Source: Alphaproteobacteria bacterium (GTDB lineage Bacteria; Pseudomonadota; Alphaproteobacteria; GM7ARS4; G965262615). Taken from it: a stretch of DNA of 64,000 bases. The notes under the pieces are model-generated. The model did not search any database, was not told the DNA's origin, and was given only the letters and a program-made list of their open reading frames with translations. The position numbers were made by a program, and so were the translations under genes. Each line of letters begins with the position of its first letter. Position 1 is the first letter of the stretch. Of this stretch, positions 21,060-31,002 are shown piece by piece. Location: positions 224,001 to 288,000 of the forward strand of contig OZ253545.1 in the NCBI GenBank assembly GCA_965262615.1, written 5' to 3'.

Positions 21060-21520
21060 GATGTCGCCTCCGATGCACAATGATATGTGTCATCCACAGG
21101 CGCATGGCTCAATGCACAGAGCACTGATGCCGCCGCCGACACCGCCCATCCATAAAGATGACACTGGGGAACATCCACCCCCATCATTGAGAACAGGCGC
21201 GTGTCTGGCAGACGCTGTGCCGCCGCCAGTGGCTTGTTCTGCAATTGAACCACCAAATTCACTCTCGCCTTCTCCACCCAACCATGCTCAATGACTCCCC
21301 ATCCGCGCAGTTCAAATAATCCTCGCCCCTGAGGCAACGGCGATGCCCACAAGCCGCCCGCTCTCTTGATGATGCTCACACAATCATCTGCCACCAACTG
21401 CGCCCCGAGACTCATCAGCCGCAACGCCAAATCCGACTTGCCAACGCCAGATTCTCCACACAGCAAAATCCCGCTGCCCTCATAGCAAACGCATGTGCCA
21501 TGAATCACCGTCATTGTCAT
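21056..21520 (-). CDS. hprK: HPr kinase/phosphorylase (short alphaproteobacterial form)
   Basis: HGTCV, GESGVGKSDLAL, LVADD, ELRGWG. Confidence 0.88.
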   Translation of the reverse strand: MTMTVIHGTCVCYEGSGILLCGESGVGKSDLALRLMSLGAQLVADDCVSIIKRAGGLWASPLPQGRGLFELRGWGVIEHGWVEKARVNLVVQLQNKPLAAAQRLPDTRLFSMMGVDVPQCHLYGWAVSAAASVLCALSHAPVDDTYHCASEATS

Positions 21521-21526
21521 CCTTTC

Positions 21527-23266
21527 TTAGCGAAACAATCCAAACAGCTTATCCTTGATGGATAATTCACGAGCCTGCTGCTTCGCACCGGCACGCTGAT
21601 ACCTTCTGGACGAGCGATTTTTGTCACGCCCGCCCCTGTTGCCTCTGTGACGCTGTGACGAACGATTGTTATGATGAGAGCGTTGCTGACGGCGCTGAGA
21701 ACGATGATCCGCCGCACCATAATCTCGATCCCTCTCATCAGAAACGCCCTTGAACTCGCCAAAAGTATAAAAATCCAAAGCAATCCCATGAGACTCATAA
21801 ATGGGAATGATCTCAATCTCCACCTCATAGTGATTTTCAATACGGCGCAAATCGCGCCTTGCTTCATTGAGAATGCTCAAGGCAATCTCAGGACGCACCG
21901 ACAGCGTAATCTTGCGCTCCCCCGTATCGTCCCCTTTCTTTTGCATCTTGATGGCTTCACTCTCCAGCCGTCTGACGATGTGAGCGCTCATGATTCCTTT
22001 TGCCCGCACCATTCCCCTGCCGTCACAATGAGGACAGCGATCCGCCGTCAAGTCGAAAAAACTCGGACGCAAACGCTGGCGAGACAATTCCAACAAGCCA
22101 AAAGTCGTGATGCGATTCACCTGAACCCGAGCGCGACTTTGTAACAACAACTCCCGCACCCGCGACTCCACACGAGCACGATGCTGAGAACTCTCCATAT
22201 CAATAAAATCAATCACGATAATGCCCGCAATTTCACACAAAATGACCCTGCGGGCAATTTCATCAGCCGCCTCAAGATTAATTTGCAAGGCGGTCTGTTC
22301 AATGTTGCTCTGCTGAGTCGCCCGTCCCGAATTCACATCAATCACCGTCAGAGCCTCCGTGGGCTGAATCACGATATGACCGCCACTGGGCAAATCACAT
22401 TTAGGTTCATACAAACCAATCAATTCATCCTCAATGCCATAGCGACTGAACAAACCGCCGCCCGTGCTGGAATCGTAATAATTCACCTTGTTCTCATGTC
22501 CTGGTGCAAAAAGGCGCAACCAATCCTTGACCTCTTCAAGACAATCTTCATCATCCACCAAAATTTCATCCATGTCATCATCGTACATGTCGCGAATGGC
22601 TTGCATAATGATTTTGGAATCCTCGTAGAGAAAAAGGGGCGCCTCGCCTCCTTGGGTTGCATTTCTGATGGATTCCCACAGCTTGAGCAATGCCTTGAAA
22701 TCTTGCAAAAGCTGAGCCTTATCTTGTTTTTCCGCCGATGTGCGAACAATAAGAGACATGCCTTCCGGCAATGGCATATCGTCTAAAATTTCCTGCAAGC
22801 GCGTCCTCTCCGCGTGATTGCTAATCTTGCGAGAGACACCACCGCCGCGCATACTATTGGGCATTAAAATACAATAGCGTCCTGCCAGCGTGATGCGGGT
22901 GCTCAAGGATGCTCCCTTGCGCGATCCTGGCCACTCCTTATTGACCTGCACCATCACCAACTGCCCCTCGCTGATGACATCCTGAATCCCATGAGAGGAG
23001 CCATCCGCATTCGCCTGCTTTGACGAACGGTAATAGTCCGGATGAATCTCCGAAAAAGGTAAAAAACCCTGACGCTCCGCTCCGTAACTGACAAATGCCG
23101 CCTGCAGACCGGGCTCCACCCGAGCAACCTTGCCTAAATAAACATTACCAATGGAAACATTTCGGTCATTATAGGATATCTGAAAACCGTCCAAGCGGCT
23201 GTCGTGAATGGTGGCGATGCGCGTCTCGCGCGAATCGTGAGCGTTGACAAGCATTTTTCGTGTCAT
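21527..23266 (-). CDS. rne: Ribonuclease E/G
   Basis: GNVYLGKVARVEPGLQAAF, IDVNSGR, IDFIDM, CPHC zinc link, short Arg-rich tail. Confidence 0.9.
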   Translation of the reverse strand: MTRKMLVNAHDSRETRIATIHDSRLDGFQISYNDRNVSIGNVYLGKVARVEPGLQAAFVSYGAERQGFLPFSEIHPDYYRSSKQANADGSSHGIQDVISEGQLVMVQVNKEWPGSRKGASLSTRITLAGRYCILMPNSMRGGGVSRKISNHAERTRLQEILDDMPLPEGMSLIVRTSAEKQDKAQLLQDFKALLKLWESIRNATQGGEAPLFLYEDSKIIMQAIRDMYDDDMDEILVDDEDCLEEVKDWLRLFAPGHENKVNYYDSSTGGGLFSRYGIEDELIGLYEPKCDLPSGGHIVIQPTEALTVIDVNSGRATQQSNIEQTALQINLEAADEIARRVILCEIAGIIVIDFIDMESSQHRARVESRVRELLLQSRARVQVNRITTFGLLELSRQRLRPSFFDLTADRCPHCDGRGMVRAKGIMSAHIVRRLESEAIKMQKKGDDTGERKITLSVRPEIALSILNEARRDLRRIENHYEVEIEIIPIYESHGIALDFYTFGEFKGVSDERDRDYGAADHRSQRRQQRSHHNNRSSQRHRGNRGGRDKNRSSRRYQRAGAKQQARELSIKDKLFGLFR

Positions 23267-23391
23267 AATTGGCCATCTCCCTTAGATGTCTGTCGCGCCA
23301 CAGGGGCGCATCTCCCCTTGAGGCAGTATTCGTGATCAGTGAAAAGCGCACGCCGAAAATACAAAGCGACCTCATCCGCCGCTCCCCCGCT

Positions 23392-24015
23392 TCATAACAA
23401 TGAAAGAATGGCACGCGCACGAAATCCCAATTGTTGCTTAAGAAACACAGGTTCCTCACATATGTAAGGCGTAAGACGATTGCGTTCATCAAAAACTCGT
23501 ACATTCCATTCCATTTCCGCCTGCACAGCCAGATAGCGTTCATCCGTAGAGCCCACTCCCTGGCGGCGCAACGCACGCATATCCGATGCCTTCTCCGACG
23601 TTCGTTCCGCAACCTTATCCTGCCGAGCCACAAAACGCAAGATTGATTTCAACTGAGATTGGTACAATTCCAAAACGGAACTGTACATCGCCGCAAATAA
23701 ATCCAAAAGAGCATCCGAGCGAGATGAACTGGGAACGCTCTTGGCAAAAGTGGCAATCAATTCTTGCGTATCCTCTTGGGTGAGAGTCATGTCATCAAAT
23801 AAAATCCGCAAAACTTCATTGTCGCGATTGCTCACATAGGGAGACTCCCACCAGCTGTCAAGGCGCGCCGCCACATCAGGACCCTGCCACACAGTGGGCA
23901 ACGATATGTTGGGATTATAAACCTGATCACAAGGCCAGCCCTGAGGCGTTGCCGACAGAACATCATCAGAAAGCAAGATGCCTCCAAGAGCCAGCGTCCA
24001 TGCAATGGTCATCAT
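23392..24015 (-). CDS. Exported hypothetical protein of PQQ-ADH accessory cluster
   Basis: Signal peptide, WPCxQ...W and CEEPV motifs; last gene of the ABC operon. Confidence 0.7.
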   Translation of the reverse strand: MMTIAWTLALGGILLSDDVLSATPQGWPCDQVYNPNISLPTVWQGPDVAARLDSWWESPYVSNRDNEVLRILFDDMTLTQEDTQELIATFAKSVPSSSRSDALLDLFAAMYSSVLELYQSQLKSILRFVARQDKVAERTSEKASDMRALRRQGVGSTDERYLAVQAEMEWNVRVFDERNRLTPYICEEPVFLKQQLGFRARAILSLL

Positions 24016-24022
24016 TTTTCTT

Positions 24023-24448
24023 CTAACGCACATGAATCATTCCTTTCATTCCACGAGATTCCAGACCCTCCAGCACAAAAGGATACATGCCAGGGCGAAT
24101 GGGAACAAACACCATCTCAACCTCCGTCTCCTCATGGCTCTCTTCTATTGAAATGGAGCGCACCGAGCCCACCGCCAATGACACATCCTCCACCTCAACA
24201 GAGCGAATCCAAATGTTGGCAAAAAACTCAGGGGCAACAAAGCGATATTCCTTGAAACCCTGAGACTCAAACTCAAACTCATAGGCTTTGCCGGTCTCCA
24301 AGGATATTTTCTTCGGCTCAAGATGATAATCACTCTCATCAGAGCCCAATTCAATCTCAATGGACTGTGCGCCAGCACTCAGATTGCCTTTGGCATAAGA
24401 TGGCACACTTGTCATAAAGAGCAAAGCAATCGTCAAAAAAATAGCCAT
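24023..24448 (-). CDS. Exported cupredoxin-like protein
   Basis: Signal peptide; LETGKAYE, APEFF, FVPIRPG, GMKG motifs. Confidence 0.7.
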   Translation of the reverse strand: MAIFLTIALLFMTSVPSYAKGNLSAGAQSIEIELGSDESDYHLEPKKISLETGKAYEFEFESQGFKEYRFVAPEFFANIWIRSVEVEDVSLAVGSVRSISIEESHEETEVEMVFVPIRPGMYPFVLEGLESRGMKGMIHVR

Positions 24449-24461
24449 ATCAACCCCCTGT

Positions 24462-25259
24462 TCAACCTCCTGTACGGCGCGCCATGATGCCACGCGCGGG
24501 ATTATATCCATAGATGGCGAGAATAAGGAACAAGGTCAAGGCAGTCATCAACCAAACAAACGCATCGCCGTTAAACGAGCCATACAAGGCAAAGCGAATG
24601 AACTCCACCGCATGGGTGAACGGATTGAGCAAACACGCCACAGGCAACCATGTGCTGGCTTCTTCAATCTTCCAAAGGGGATACAGTGCCGTTGAGGCAA
24701 AAAACATGGGAAAAATCACAAAATTCATCACGCCTGCAAAATTCTCCAACTGCTTAATGGTGGAGGATAAGAACATTCCCAGCGCGCCCAACATCAATCC
24801 AGACAGAAACAAAGCCGGCAGCAGCGTCACATATCCGATCAGAGGCGGCGTGATGTCCCAAAAATAGGCGATGGCGAGAAAACTATAGACCTGCACCACC
24901 GACACGCATGTCCCCGCCAGCAGGCGAGAAAACAACAAAAACCAGCGCGGCAGGGGGCTCATCAACAAAATACGCATGCTGCCCATCTCGCGGTCGTACA
25001 CCATGGAGAGGGAATTTTGCATACCATTGAATAATTGAATCATGGCAATCAATCCGGGGGCAATATAAATCTCATAGGTGATGTATGTCTCATAGGGCTC
25101 AATGATGGATACGCCCAGCACAGAGCGAAATCCTGCGGCAAAAACGGCAAGCCACACCAACGGGCGCACCAAGGCGGAGAAAAATCGCTCCCGCTGATGA
25201 AAAAACCGCAGCCCCTCACGGCGCACAATGCCCTGCAAACAATAAAAATAATCCATCAT
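24462..25259 (-). CDS. ABC-2 type permease, PQQ-ADH system (PedC-like)
   Basis: RFFSALVRPLVW, SMVYDREMGSMR, QLENFAGVMNFVIFP. Confidence 0.88.
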   Translation of the reverse strand: MMDYFYCLQGIVRREGLRFFHQRERFFSALVRPLVWLAVFAAGFRSVLGVSIIEPYETYITYEIYIAPGLIAMIQLFNGMQNSLSMVYDREMGSMRILLMSPLPRWFLLFSRLLAGTCVSVVQVYSFLAIAYFWDITPPLIGYVTLLPALFLSGLMLGALGMFLSSTIKQLENFAGVMNFVIFPMFFASTALYPLWKIEEASTWLPVACLLNPFTHAVEFIRFALYGSFNGDAFVWLMTALTLFLILAIYGYNPARGIMARRTGG

Positions 25260-25984
25260 GCCTCTCCTTGCGTGGCATGGTCAAAAAGTCCTTTGACCTC
25301 TTGGCACTGATGCTGACGCAGTAAATCTTTGGTGAGTCCCGTCATTTTGATTTTGCCCTTATGAAGAATGACCAGATGGTCATCGGCAGCGACCTCATCA
25401 AAAAGGTGGGTCGCCCACAAGACCGACAATCCCTGCTGGCGACACAACTGATGAATGTGGTCGGTGATGATACGGCGACTTTCCATATCCAGTCCGACGG
25501 TGGGTTCATCCAATAACAAAAAACGCGGCTGATGCAAAAGGGCGCGCGCAATCTCCACCCGACGGCGTTGTCCGCCCGAGAGATGGCGAATTTTTTTGTG
25601 AGACACATCCGACAATCCAATGCGCGCCAGTTCAACCTCCATGCGCTGAGTGATGCGCGACCGATTCATGCCATGCAGCGCACCGTGATAGTGAAGATTT
25701 TGCTCAATGGAGAGGTCTAAATCTAAACTGGGCAATTGAAACACCACCCCCATCGCCGCCAATGCCGCACGCGCATGAGCATGCAGATCATGACCGAACA
25801 AATGAATTGTTCCCGATTGATTCATAAACAAGCGCGTCATCAGGGAAAACAAAGTGGTCTTGCCGGCACCATTGAGCCCCAACAGAGCGACAAACTGCCC
25901 CTTCTCAATGGTGAGATGAATATCATGAAGTGCCCGCAGTGTGCCGAAATCATGATGCACTGCACGAATTTCCAGCGCGCTCAT
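25256..25984 (-). CDS. ABC ATP-binding protein, PQQ-ADH system (PedB-like)
   Basis: GLNGAGKT, LSGGQRRRVEIAR, LLDEPTVGLD, WATH. Confidence 0.9.
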   Translation of the reverse strand: MSALEIRAVHHDFGTLRALHDIHLTIEKGQFVALLGLNGAGKTTLFSLMTRLFMNQSGTIHLFGHDLHAHARAALAAMGVVFQLPSLDLDLSIEQNLHYHGALHGMNRSRITQRMEVELARIGLSDVSHKKIRHLSGGQRRRVEIARALLHQPRFLLLDEPTVGLDMESRRIITDHIHQLCRQQGLSVLWATHLFDEVAADDHLVILHKGKIKMTGLTKDLLRQHQCQEVKGLFDHATQGEA

Positions 25985-26952
25985 CCCTTCACCACGACAC
26001 CCCACGGAAAGCGTCCCACGCGAATGGATTTAAGCACCTTCAAACTTTCAACATCAATGACCGAAACATCATTGCTGACACCATTGGTGCTAAACAGGCG
26101 CGTTTGCGTCTTGTTAAAAGCAAGCTGCCACACTCGCTGTCCCACCAGCAAATACGACAAAACCTCCTTGCTCTGCTGGTCAATGACGGCGATGCGATTG
26201 GCGGGACCCAGAGCAACAAAGGCATAGCGTCCATCATCGGTGAGGCGCACGCCCACAGGCTGAATGGCTTCATCATTGACGCCTTTAATCTCAAAACGAA
26301 TCACATGGGTGATGCTATAATCGGTGGGATCAATCACCGACACCGTGCCCCCCACCTCCGATGACACCCATACTTCCGTGCCCTCCTTATTATAAATGGA
26401 GACGCGCGGACGAGCATCCACAAGCACATTTTCCACAATCTCCAAATCCGCCGTGTCAATAAAATGCGCCATGTTGGTGGTCTCAGAAGTATTGACCAAC
26501 ATGTCCCCAGACGGATGCATGCCCATGCCTTCGGGCTCTACCCCCACAGGAATTTCATCCAAAATCTCACGACTTTTCACATCCACCACCGTCACAAGAT
26601 TGTCATCCTCATTGGCAATAAACAATGTGCGTCCATCAGGATGCAAAATGAACAGTTCAGGATCGGGACCCGATGGCAAATAGCGGACAATTTCCAAACC
26701 TTCAGCATCGCGAATCTCCACGCGATCATCATCACTGGCACAGATATAGATTTGGGTCTCGTCTTGACTCAAAATGATGCCCCGAGGTCTTTGTCCCACA
26801 TCTTTGGTAAAAAGCACCTCCATGCTGTCACCATCCAGCACACTGACGGTGTTGTCCTTTTCATTGGTGACATACACACGGCTCTCCGCCATTGCATTCG
26901 CACTCAATAAAAAGAGTACGGCTGCTACTGCTCTCCATCTCCAGTTAGTCAT
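25981..26952 (-). CDS. YVTN beta-propeller protein, PQQ-dependent catabolism-associated
   Basis: VYVTNEKDNTVSV, GQRPRG, SGPDPE, GVEPEG, NTSETTN. Confidence 0.9.
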   Translation of the reverse strand: MTNWRWRAVAAVLFLLSANAMAESRVYVTNEKDNTVSVLDGDSMEVLFTKDVGQRPRGIILSQDETQIYICASDDDRVEIRDAEGLEIVRYLPSGPDPELFILHPDGRTLFIANEDDNLVTVVDVKSREILDEIPVGVEPEGMGMHPSGDMLVNTSETTNMAHFIDTADLEIVENVLVDARPRVSIYNKEGTEVWVSSEVGGTVSVIDPTDYSITHVIRFEIKGVNDEAIQPVGVRLTDDGRYAFVALGPANRIAVIDQQSKEVLSYLLVGQRVWQLAFNKTQTRLFSTNGVSNDVSVIDVESLKVLKSIRVGRFPWGVVVKG

Positions 26953-26964
26953 TGTGATGCCTCC

Positions 26965-28245
26965 TTATTGCTCATTTCTCATTGTGCATCGTGACAATTG
27001 CTTGTCAAAACCCAGTGTATCCATCGGACTGACGGGATGCAAGTATCCATCCTGCGGCGACACCGACACCAGAGCGCGCGGCACATTGAGCAAAATGCGC
27101 TGACGCAATTGTCCATTCCACGAACGATAGCTCACCTTCACTCCTTTATAGGCTGCAATGCCAAATTGCTCACTGAGAATATAATCCTTCACAAGAGGAA
27201 AATTATTTTTCTTGCGTGTGACGGCTTCGCCAATAGAGCGCACGGCGACCCATGCGGCATAATCAATTTCATTCATGAATCTGCCGGCGATGCGGCGAAA
27301 TCGGTTTTGCATTTGTGCTGCGCCCCATTGCTCATGGGTGCGATGCCAAGAATGAGCGGTGAGTCCTTGCGTTCCTGCCAACAAAGCGGGCGACCATGTG
27401 TTGAAGACGATGTATTCACCAAACTCGCCTTTTTCATCGGCAAGCAACAAAAGAGCATAGTCACGGGCTTCTTTGGTAAAGAGAGGAATCTCGGCGCGAG
27501 CGGTGCGCCGAATATCATGAGTGAGCGTCCATTGCTTCTCGCCACCAATGGATGTGCCGAATTTTTTTGCTGAATACTTCAAAGACTCAGCAAAAAGCTC
27601 ATCGGCTTCATCGGCTCCCTTGATTAGAAAAGAGTCTTTCCAATTTTTAGCAATGAGGAATTGCATGAGGGCATCGGTAACCATGGCACGACTGGGAATC
27701 ACATGGAGCATATTGTGACGGCATTGCTCATTGCGCAGAACATTATCTTTGGCACTGATATTAAAAATGATGGTGTCCTGTGCCTGTGGCAAGTCGGCAA
27801 GGGTGAGCAGGTGTTCCTTGGCGGCGTGAATGACAAAATAGCGAATGCCTTGCTCATAAAGGCGCACGAAATGCTGCGTGATGTCATCGCCAATGGCAAC
27901 GGTGGCTTCGCTCAATTGATAGAGTTGTTTGGTGAGTCTTCCTGTGGTGTTGTTATCGTCAATGGCGATGCGTGCGCCGTGGATGCCTTCGTCTTGCAGG
28001 ATGGGGTCAAGATTGGAGAGTGCGGGCGGCACATCTTTTTCCATGACAATCATGCCCATGGTGATGACTTCATCGGCGGTGGCGGCGGCTCGTTTTTTGC
28101 CTCTTTTGGCTCTCTCTATGGCGCGTTGTTTGTCAATTTCTTTTCGTTCTTCCAGTTCCTGCACGGATTGTTCCCGCGCCACACAATGATGCCATGGCAC
28201 GAACGCCACACACAGAGCGAGGGATATCATGAAACGCACAGACAT
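26965..28245 (-). CDS. ABC substrate-binding protein, PQQ-ADH system
   Basis: IDDNNTTGR, LAGTQGL, WHRTHEQWGAAQMQNRF, SPQDGYLH. Confidence 0.85.
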   Translation of the reverse strand: MSVRFMISLALCVAFVPWHHCVAREQSVQELEERKEIDKQRAIERAKRGKKRAAATADEVITMGMIVMEKDVPPALSNLDPILQDEGIHGARIAIDDNNTTGRLTKQLYQLSEATVAIGDDITQHFVRLYEQGIRYFVIHAAKEHLLTLADLPQAQDTIIFNISAKDNVLRNEQCRHNMLHVIPSRAMVTDALMQFLIAKNWKDSFLIKGADEADELFAESLKYSAKKFGTSIGGEKQWTLTHDIRRTARAEIPLFTKEARDYALLLLADEKGEFGEYIVFNTWSPALLAGTQGLTAHSWHRTHEQWGAAQMQNRFRRIAGRFMNEIDYAAWVAVRSIGEAVTRKKNNFPLVKDYILSEQFGIAAYKGVKVSYRSWNGQLRQRILLNVPRALVSVSPQDGYLHPVSPMDTLGFDKQLSRCTMRNEQ

Positions 28246-28281
28246 TTTTTTACAGTCTAGGCAAAAATTTATTAAAAGGGT

Positions 28282-28875
28282 ATGAATATGTCAATGACAC
28301 GACACGCGACAATAAACCGAAGCACGAAAGAGACCACCATTGAAGCCCGTTTGCAGTTGGACGGCACGGGCGTTTGTGAGGCTGAGACGGGCTTGGCATT
28401 TTTGGATCATATGTTGGATCAGTTGGCTCGTCATAGCGGCATGGATATTTCCATCCGTTGTGATGGCGATGTGCATGTTGATGGTCATCACACGGCGGAG
28501 GATTGCGGCATTGTGTTGGGCAAGGCGTTTGATGAGTGTTTGGGGACTCGTGCGGGGATTGTTCGTTTTGGCTCTGCCCTTGCGCCTCTTGATGAGGCAC
28601 TGAGCGAGGTGGTGGTGGATTGCTGCGGCAGGGCGCACTTTGAATGGCGGGTGACCATCCCCACCCCCAAACTGGGTGATAGCGACAGTGAGATTTTTCG
28701 TGAGTTTTTCAAGGCGTTTGCTGACAATGCCCGCATCACATTGCATGTGGATAATCGTCACGGCATCAATGGACATCATATTGTTGAGTCGTGTTTTAAG
28801 GCGGCGGCGTTGGCGTTGCGTCAGGCGGTGAGGGTCACGGGAACGGGCATTCCTTCCACCAAGGGCGTGTTGTGA
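28282..28875 (+). CDS. hisB: Imidazoleglycerol-phosphate dehydratase
   Basis: FLDHML, DGHHTAED, NGHHIVE, PSTKG; start may be ATG 28294. Confidence 0.96.
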   Translation: MNMSMTRHATINRSTKETTIEARLQLDGTGVCEAETGLAFLDHMLDQLARHSGMDISIRCDGDVHVDGHHTAEDCGIVLGKAFDECLGTRAGIVRFGSALAPLDEALSEVVVDCCGRAHFEWRVTIPTPKLGDSDSEIFREFFKAFADNARITLHVDNRHGINGHHIVESCFKAAALALRQAVRVTGTGIPSTKGVL

Positions 28876-29246
28876 TGGGGATGCGTCTTTTTGACATATA
28901 CCGCACCCCCAACGGTGATTATCGGGCGGTGGCGCGTGGGTTTTCCGTGTGGGCGGCGATTTTGTCTGTTGTGTGGAGTTTGTATCACCGACTGTGGCTG
29001 GAGAGTGCGGCGATTGTGTGTGCCCTCACTGCCATTCGCTATGTGCGAAAACTTCATATAGAAACAGGCATGGTGACGGCTGATGTGGTGGCGGGCATTT
29101 TTTTGGCTCAGGTGGTGTTGTTTGTGGTGATGGGAGCGTTTGGTCATGAGTGGCTCAATGCTCGCTACCGCCGTTTGCGGTATGAGCATGAGGGCGTGAT
29201 GCTGGCGTTCTCAAAGCGCGATGCACTGCAACGCGTCCATCAATAA
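28875..29246 (+). CDS. DUF2628-like membrane protein
   Basis: GFSVWAA...WSLYHRLW; typical position between hisB and hisH. Confidence 0.75.
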   Translation: MGMRLFDIYRTPNGDYRAVARGFSVWAAILSVVWSLYHRLWLESAAIVCALTAIRYVRKLHIETGMVTADVVAGIFLAQVVLFVVMGAFGHEWLNARYRRLRYEHEGVMLAFSKRDALQRVHQ

Positions 29247-29258
29247 TGGCTCGGCATA

Positions 29259-29915
29259 ATGGCACGAATTGTAATTATTGATGTGGGGTCCGGCAACATT
29301 CGCTCGGCGTATTCCTCATTGCACAGGGTGTGGAGCGAGGTGGGTTGTGATGGCTGGGTGCGGGTGGCAGCAAAAAATGACCGACCGCAAGCACACCAAT
29401 GGCTTGATGACTGCACTCACATCGTGTTGCCCGGCGTGGGAGCATACGCCGATTGCATGGCAGGATTGCAAGCCAGCGAATTATTGGATGACATGACCCA
29501 CCATGTTCGCACCAATGGCAAGGCGTTTTTGGGCATTTGTGTGGGCATGCAGCTGCTCAGTGAACGCGGCGAGGAAGGAGCAGGCGCGCGCGGCTTGGGA
29601 TGGCTCGGCGGCATCACCCGCCAATTTGTTTTGCCTCGCCATTTGAAAATCCCTCACATGGGCTGGAATGAAGTGACGGCGATGAAACCTCATGATTTGT
29701 GGCGCGATATTGACGAAGGCAGTCATTTTTATTTCGTTCACAGTTATCATGTAGAGTGTAATGAGTCGGTGCGTTTGGCATCCTTTGAGTATGGTGGTTC
29801 ATGGACTGCCGCAATGGGCAAAGACAATCTTTTTGCCACCCAATTCCATCCCGAAAAAAGCCAAAAAGCAGGCTTGAAAATGTTGAAAAACTTCATAGCA
29901 TGGAATGTAGGATGA
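29259..29915 (+). CDS. hisH: IGP synthase glutamine amidotransferase subunit
   Basis: LPGVG, GICVGMQ, PHMGWN, YFVHSY, QFHPEKS. Confidence 0.96.
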   Translation: MARIVIIDVGSGNIRSAYSSLHRVWSEVGCDGWVRVAAKNDRPQAHQWLDDCTHIVLPGVGAYADCMAGLQASELLDDMTHHVRTNGKAFLGICVGMQLLSERGEEGAGARGLGWLGGITRQFVLPRHLKIPHMGWNEVTAMKPHDLWRDIDEGSHFYFVHSYHVECNESVRLASFEYGGSWTAAMGKDNLFATQFHPEKSQKAGLKMLKNFIAWNVG

Positions 29916-30898
29916 GAAAGAGGATTGACAAAATTTGGCACACCATCAAAAACGCTTCTCGCTGGCAGTGGCTTGCACGAGGAGCTTGGGCTATTCTTTT
30001 CATTGTCGGAGGTTGCCTTATCCTTTATCCCTATGGCGGAGTTTTCTTTGAATCTCATTTTAGCGTTCTTGATTTTGTTGACAAACGCAATTTAGAAGCC
30101 ATCCGCAACATTGTTTTGATTATGGCTGCCTTGTTGGCATTTCCTCTCGCACTGGAACGCATGATTATTGCTGATAACCAATTAAAAGCCACGCAAGACC
30201 AATTGAAGCAATCCCAAAAAGAAACAATAGGGAGGGATTTTGAAATTTGGCGAGAAGATTTGTTTTCTGACCGTCAAAATCAGCTGAACTATGCCTTTGA
30301 GAAATTGTGGGAACTGGCACAAAGCCACCCACAAGACTACCATACAAGAATGATGGACAGCCTATCTGATTTTTTAAATAAAATACCGTTCATTAGCACT
30401 ACTACAGGTTCGGTTGCTCTCAAAATTCTCACGAACCTAGATGACTATTACAAAAAAACGGCAGAACAAGAAAGAGAAGAGATTGCCAAAGATTACCGCA
30501 TACACTTGCAAAAAATTACTGTAAAAGATTTAGATTTGCATGGTGCAGACTTCAGTAGGTTCACATTGAAATATATTGGCTTTGAGAATGTGAATTTAAC
30601 GGGAGCTGTTTTTAATTGGACTATGTTAGACGGTGTTAGATTTTCTCCTTCGGATTTGACAGGAGCTAATTTTGACAATGTTTTTTTGCAAAATGCAGAT
30701 TTTGCAGAAAGCCAAAACATAATGGATGCTTCTTGGAAAAATATCTCTATCCCCAAAAACGCCACCCTCAATTTTGCAAACAGTAAAGACGAGACACTTG
30801 TCAGGAAAAATGCCACAGTAAAATCCGAAGATGAATGGGACATAGAGCGAAAAGCAGAATTTGAAAAAATTAAGCAATCGCAAAAGCCATCAAGCTAA
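29912..30898 (+). CDS. Membrane-anchored pentapeptide-repeat protein, divergent paralog 5
   Basis: ATG 29912 overlaps hisH stop (ATGA); ALLAFPLALER, LWELAQSHPQDYH..MMD, pentapeptide repeats; AT-rich. Confidence 0.8.
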   Translation: MRKRIDKIWHTIKNASRWQWLARGAWAILFIVGGCLILYPYGGVFFESHFSVLDFVDKRNLEAIRNIVLIMAALLAFPLALERMIIADNQLKATQDQLKQSQKETIGRDFEIWREDLFSDRQNQLNYAFEKLWELAQSHPQDYHTRMMDSLSDFLNKIPFISTTTGSVALKILTNLDDYYKKTAEQEREEIAKDYRIHLQKITVKDLDLHGADFSRFTLKYIGFENVNLTGAVFNWTMLDGVRFSPSDLTGANFDNVFLQNADFAESQNIMDASWKNISIPKNATLNFANSKDETLVRKNATVKSEDEWDIERKAEFEKIKQSQKPSS

Positions 30899-31002
30899 CC
30901 AATCATTGTTGCGTTTCTTTATTGAATGGCTAATTTTTCCACTGTTGCTTTTTTTTCGGTAAAATTCTACAATGACTTTCGGCTATTTCAAGGAGAGGGA
31001 AA

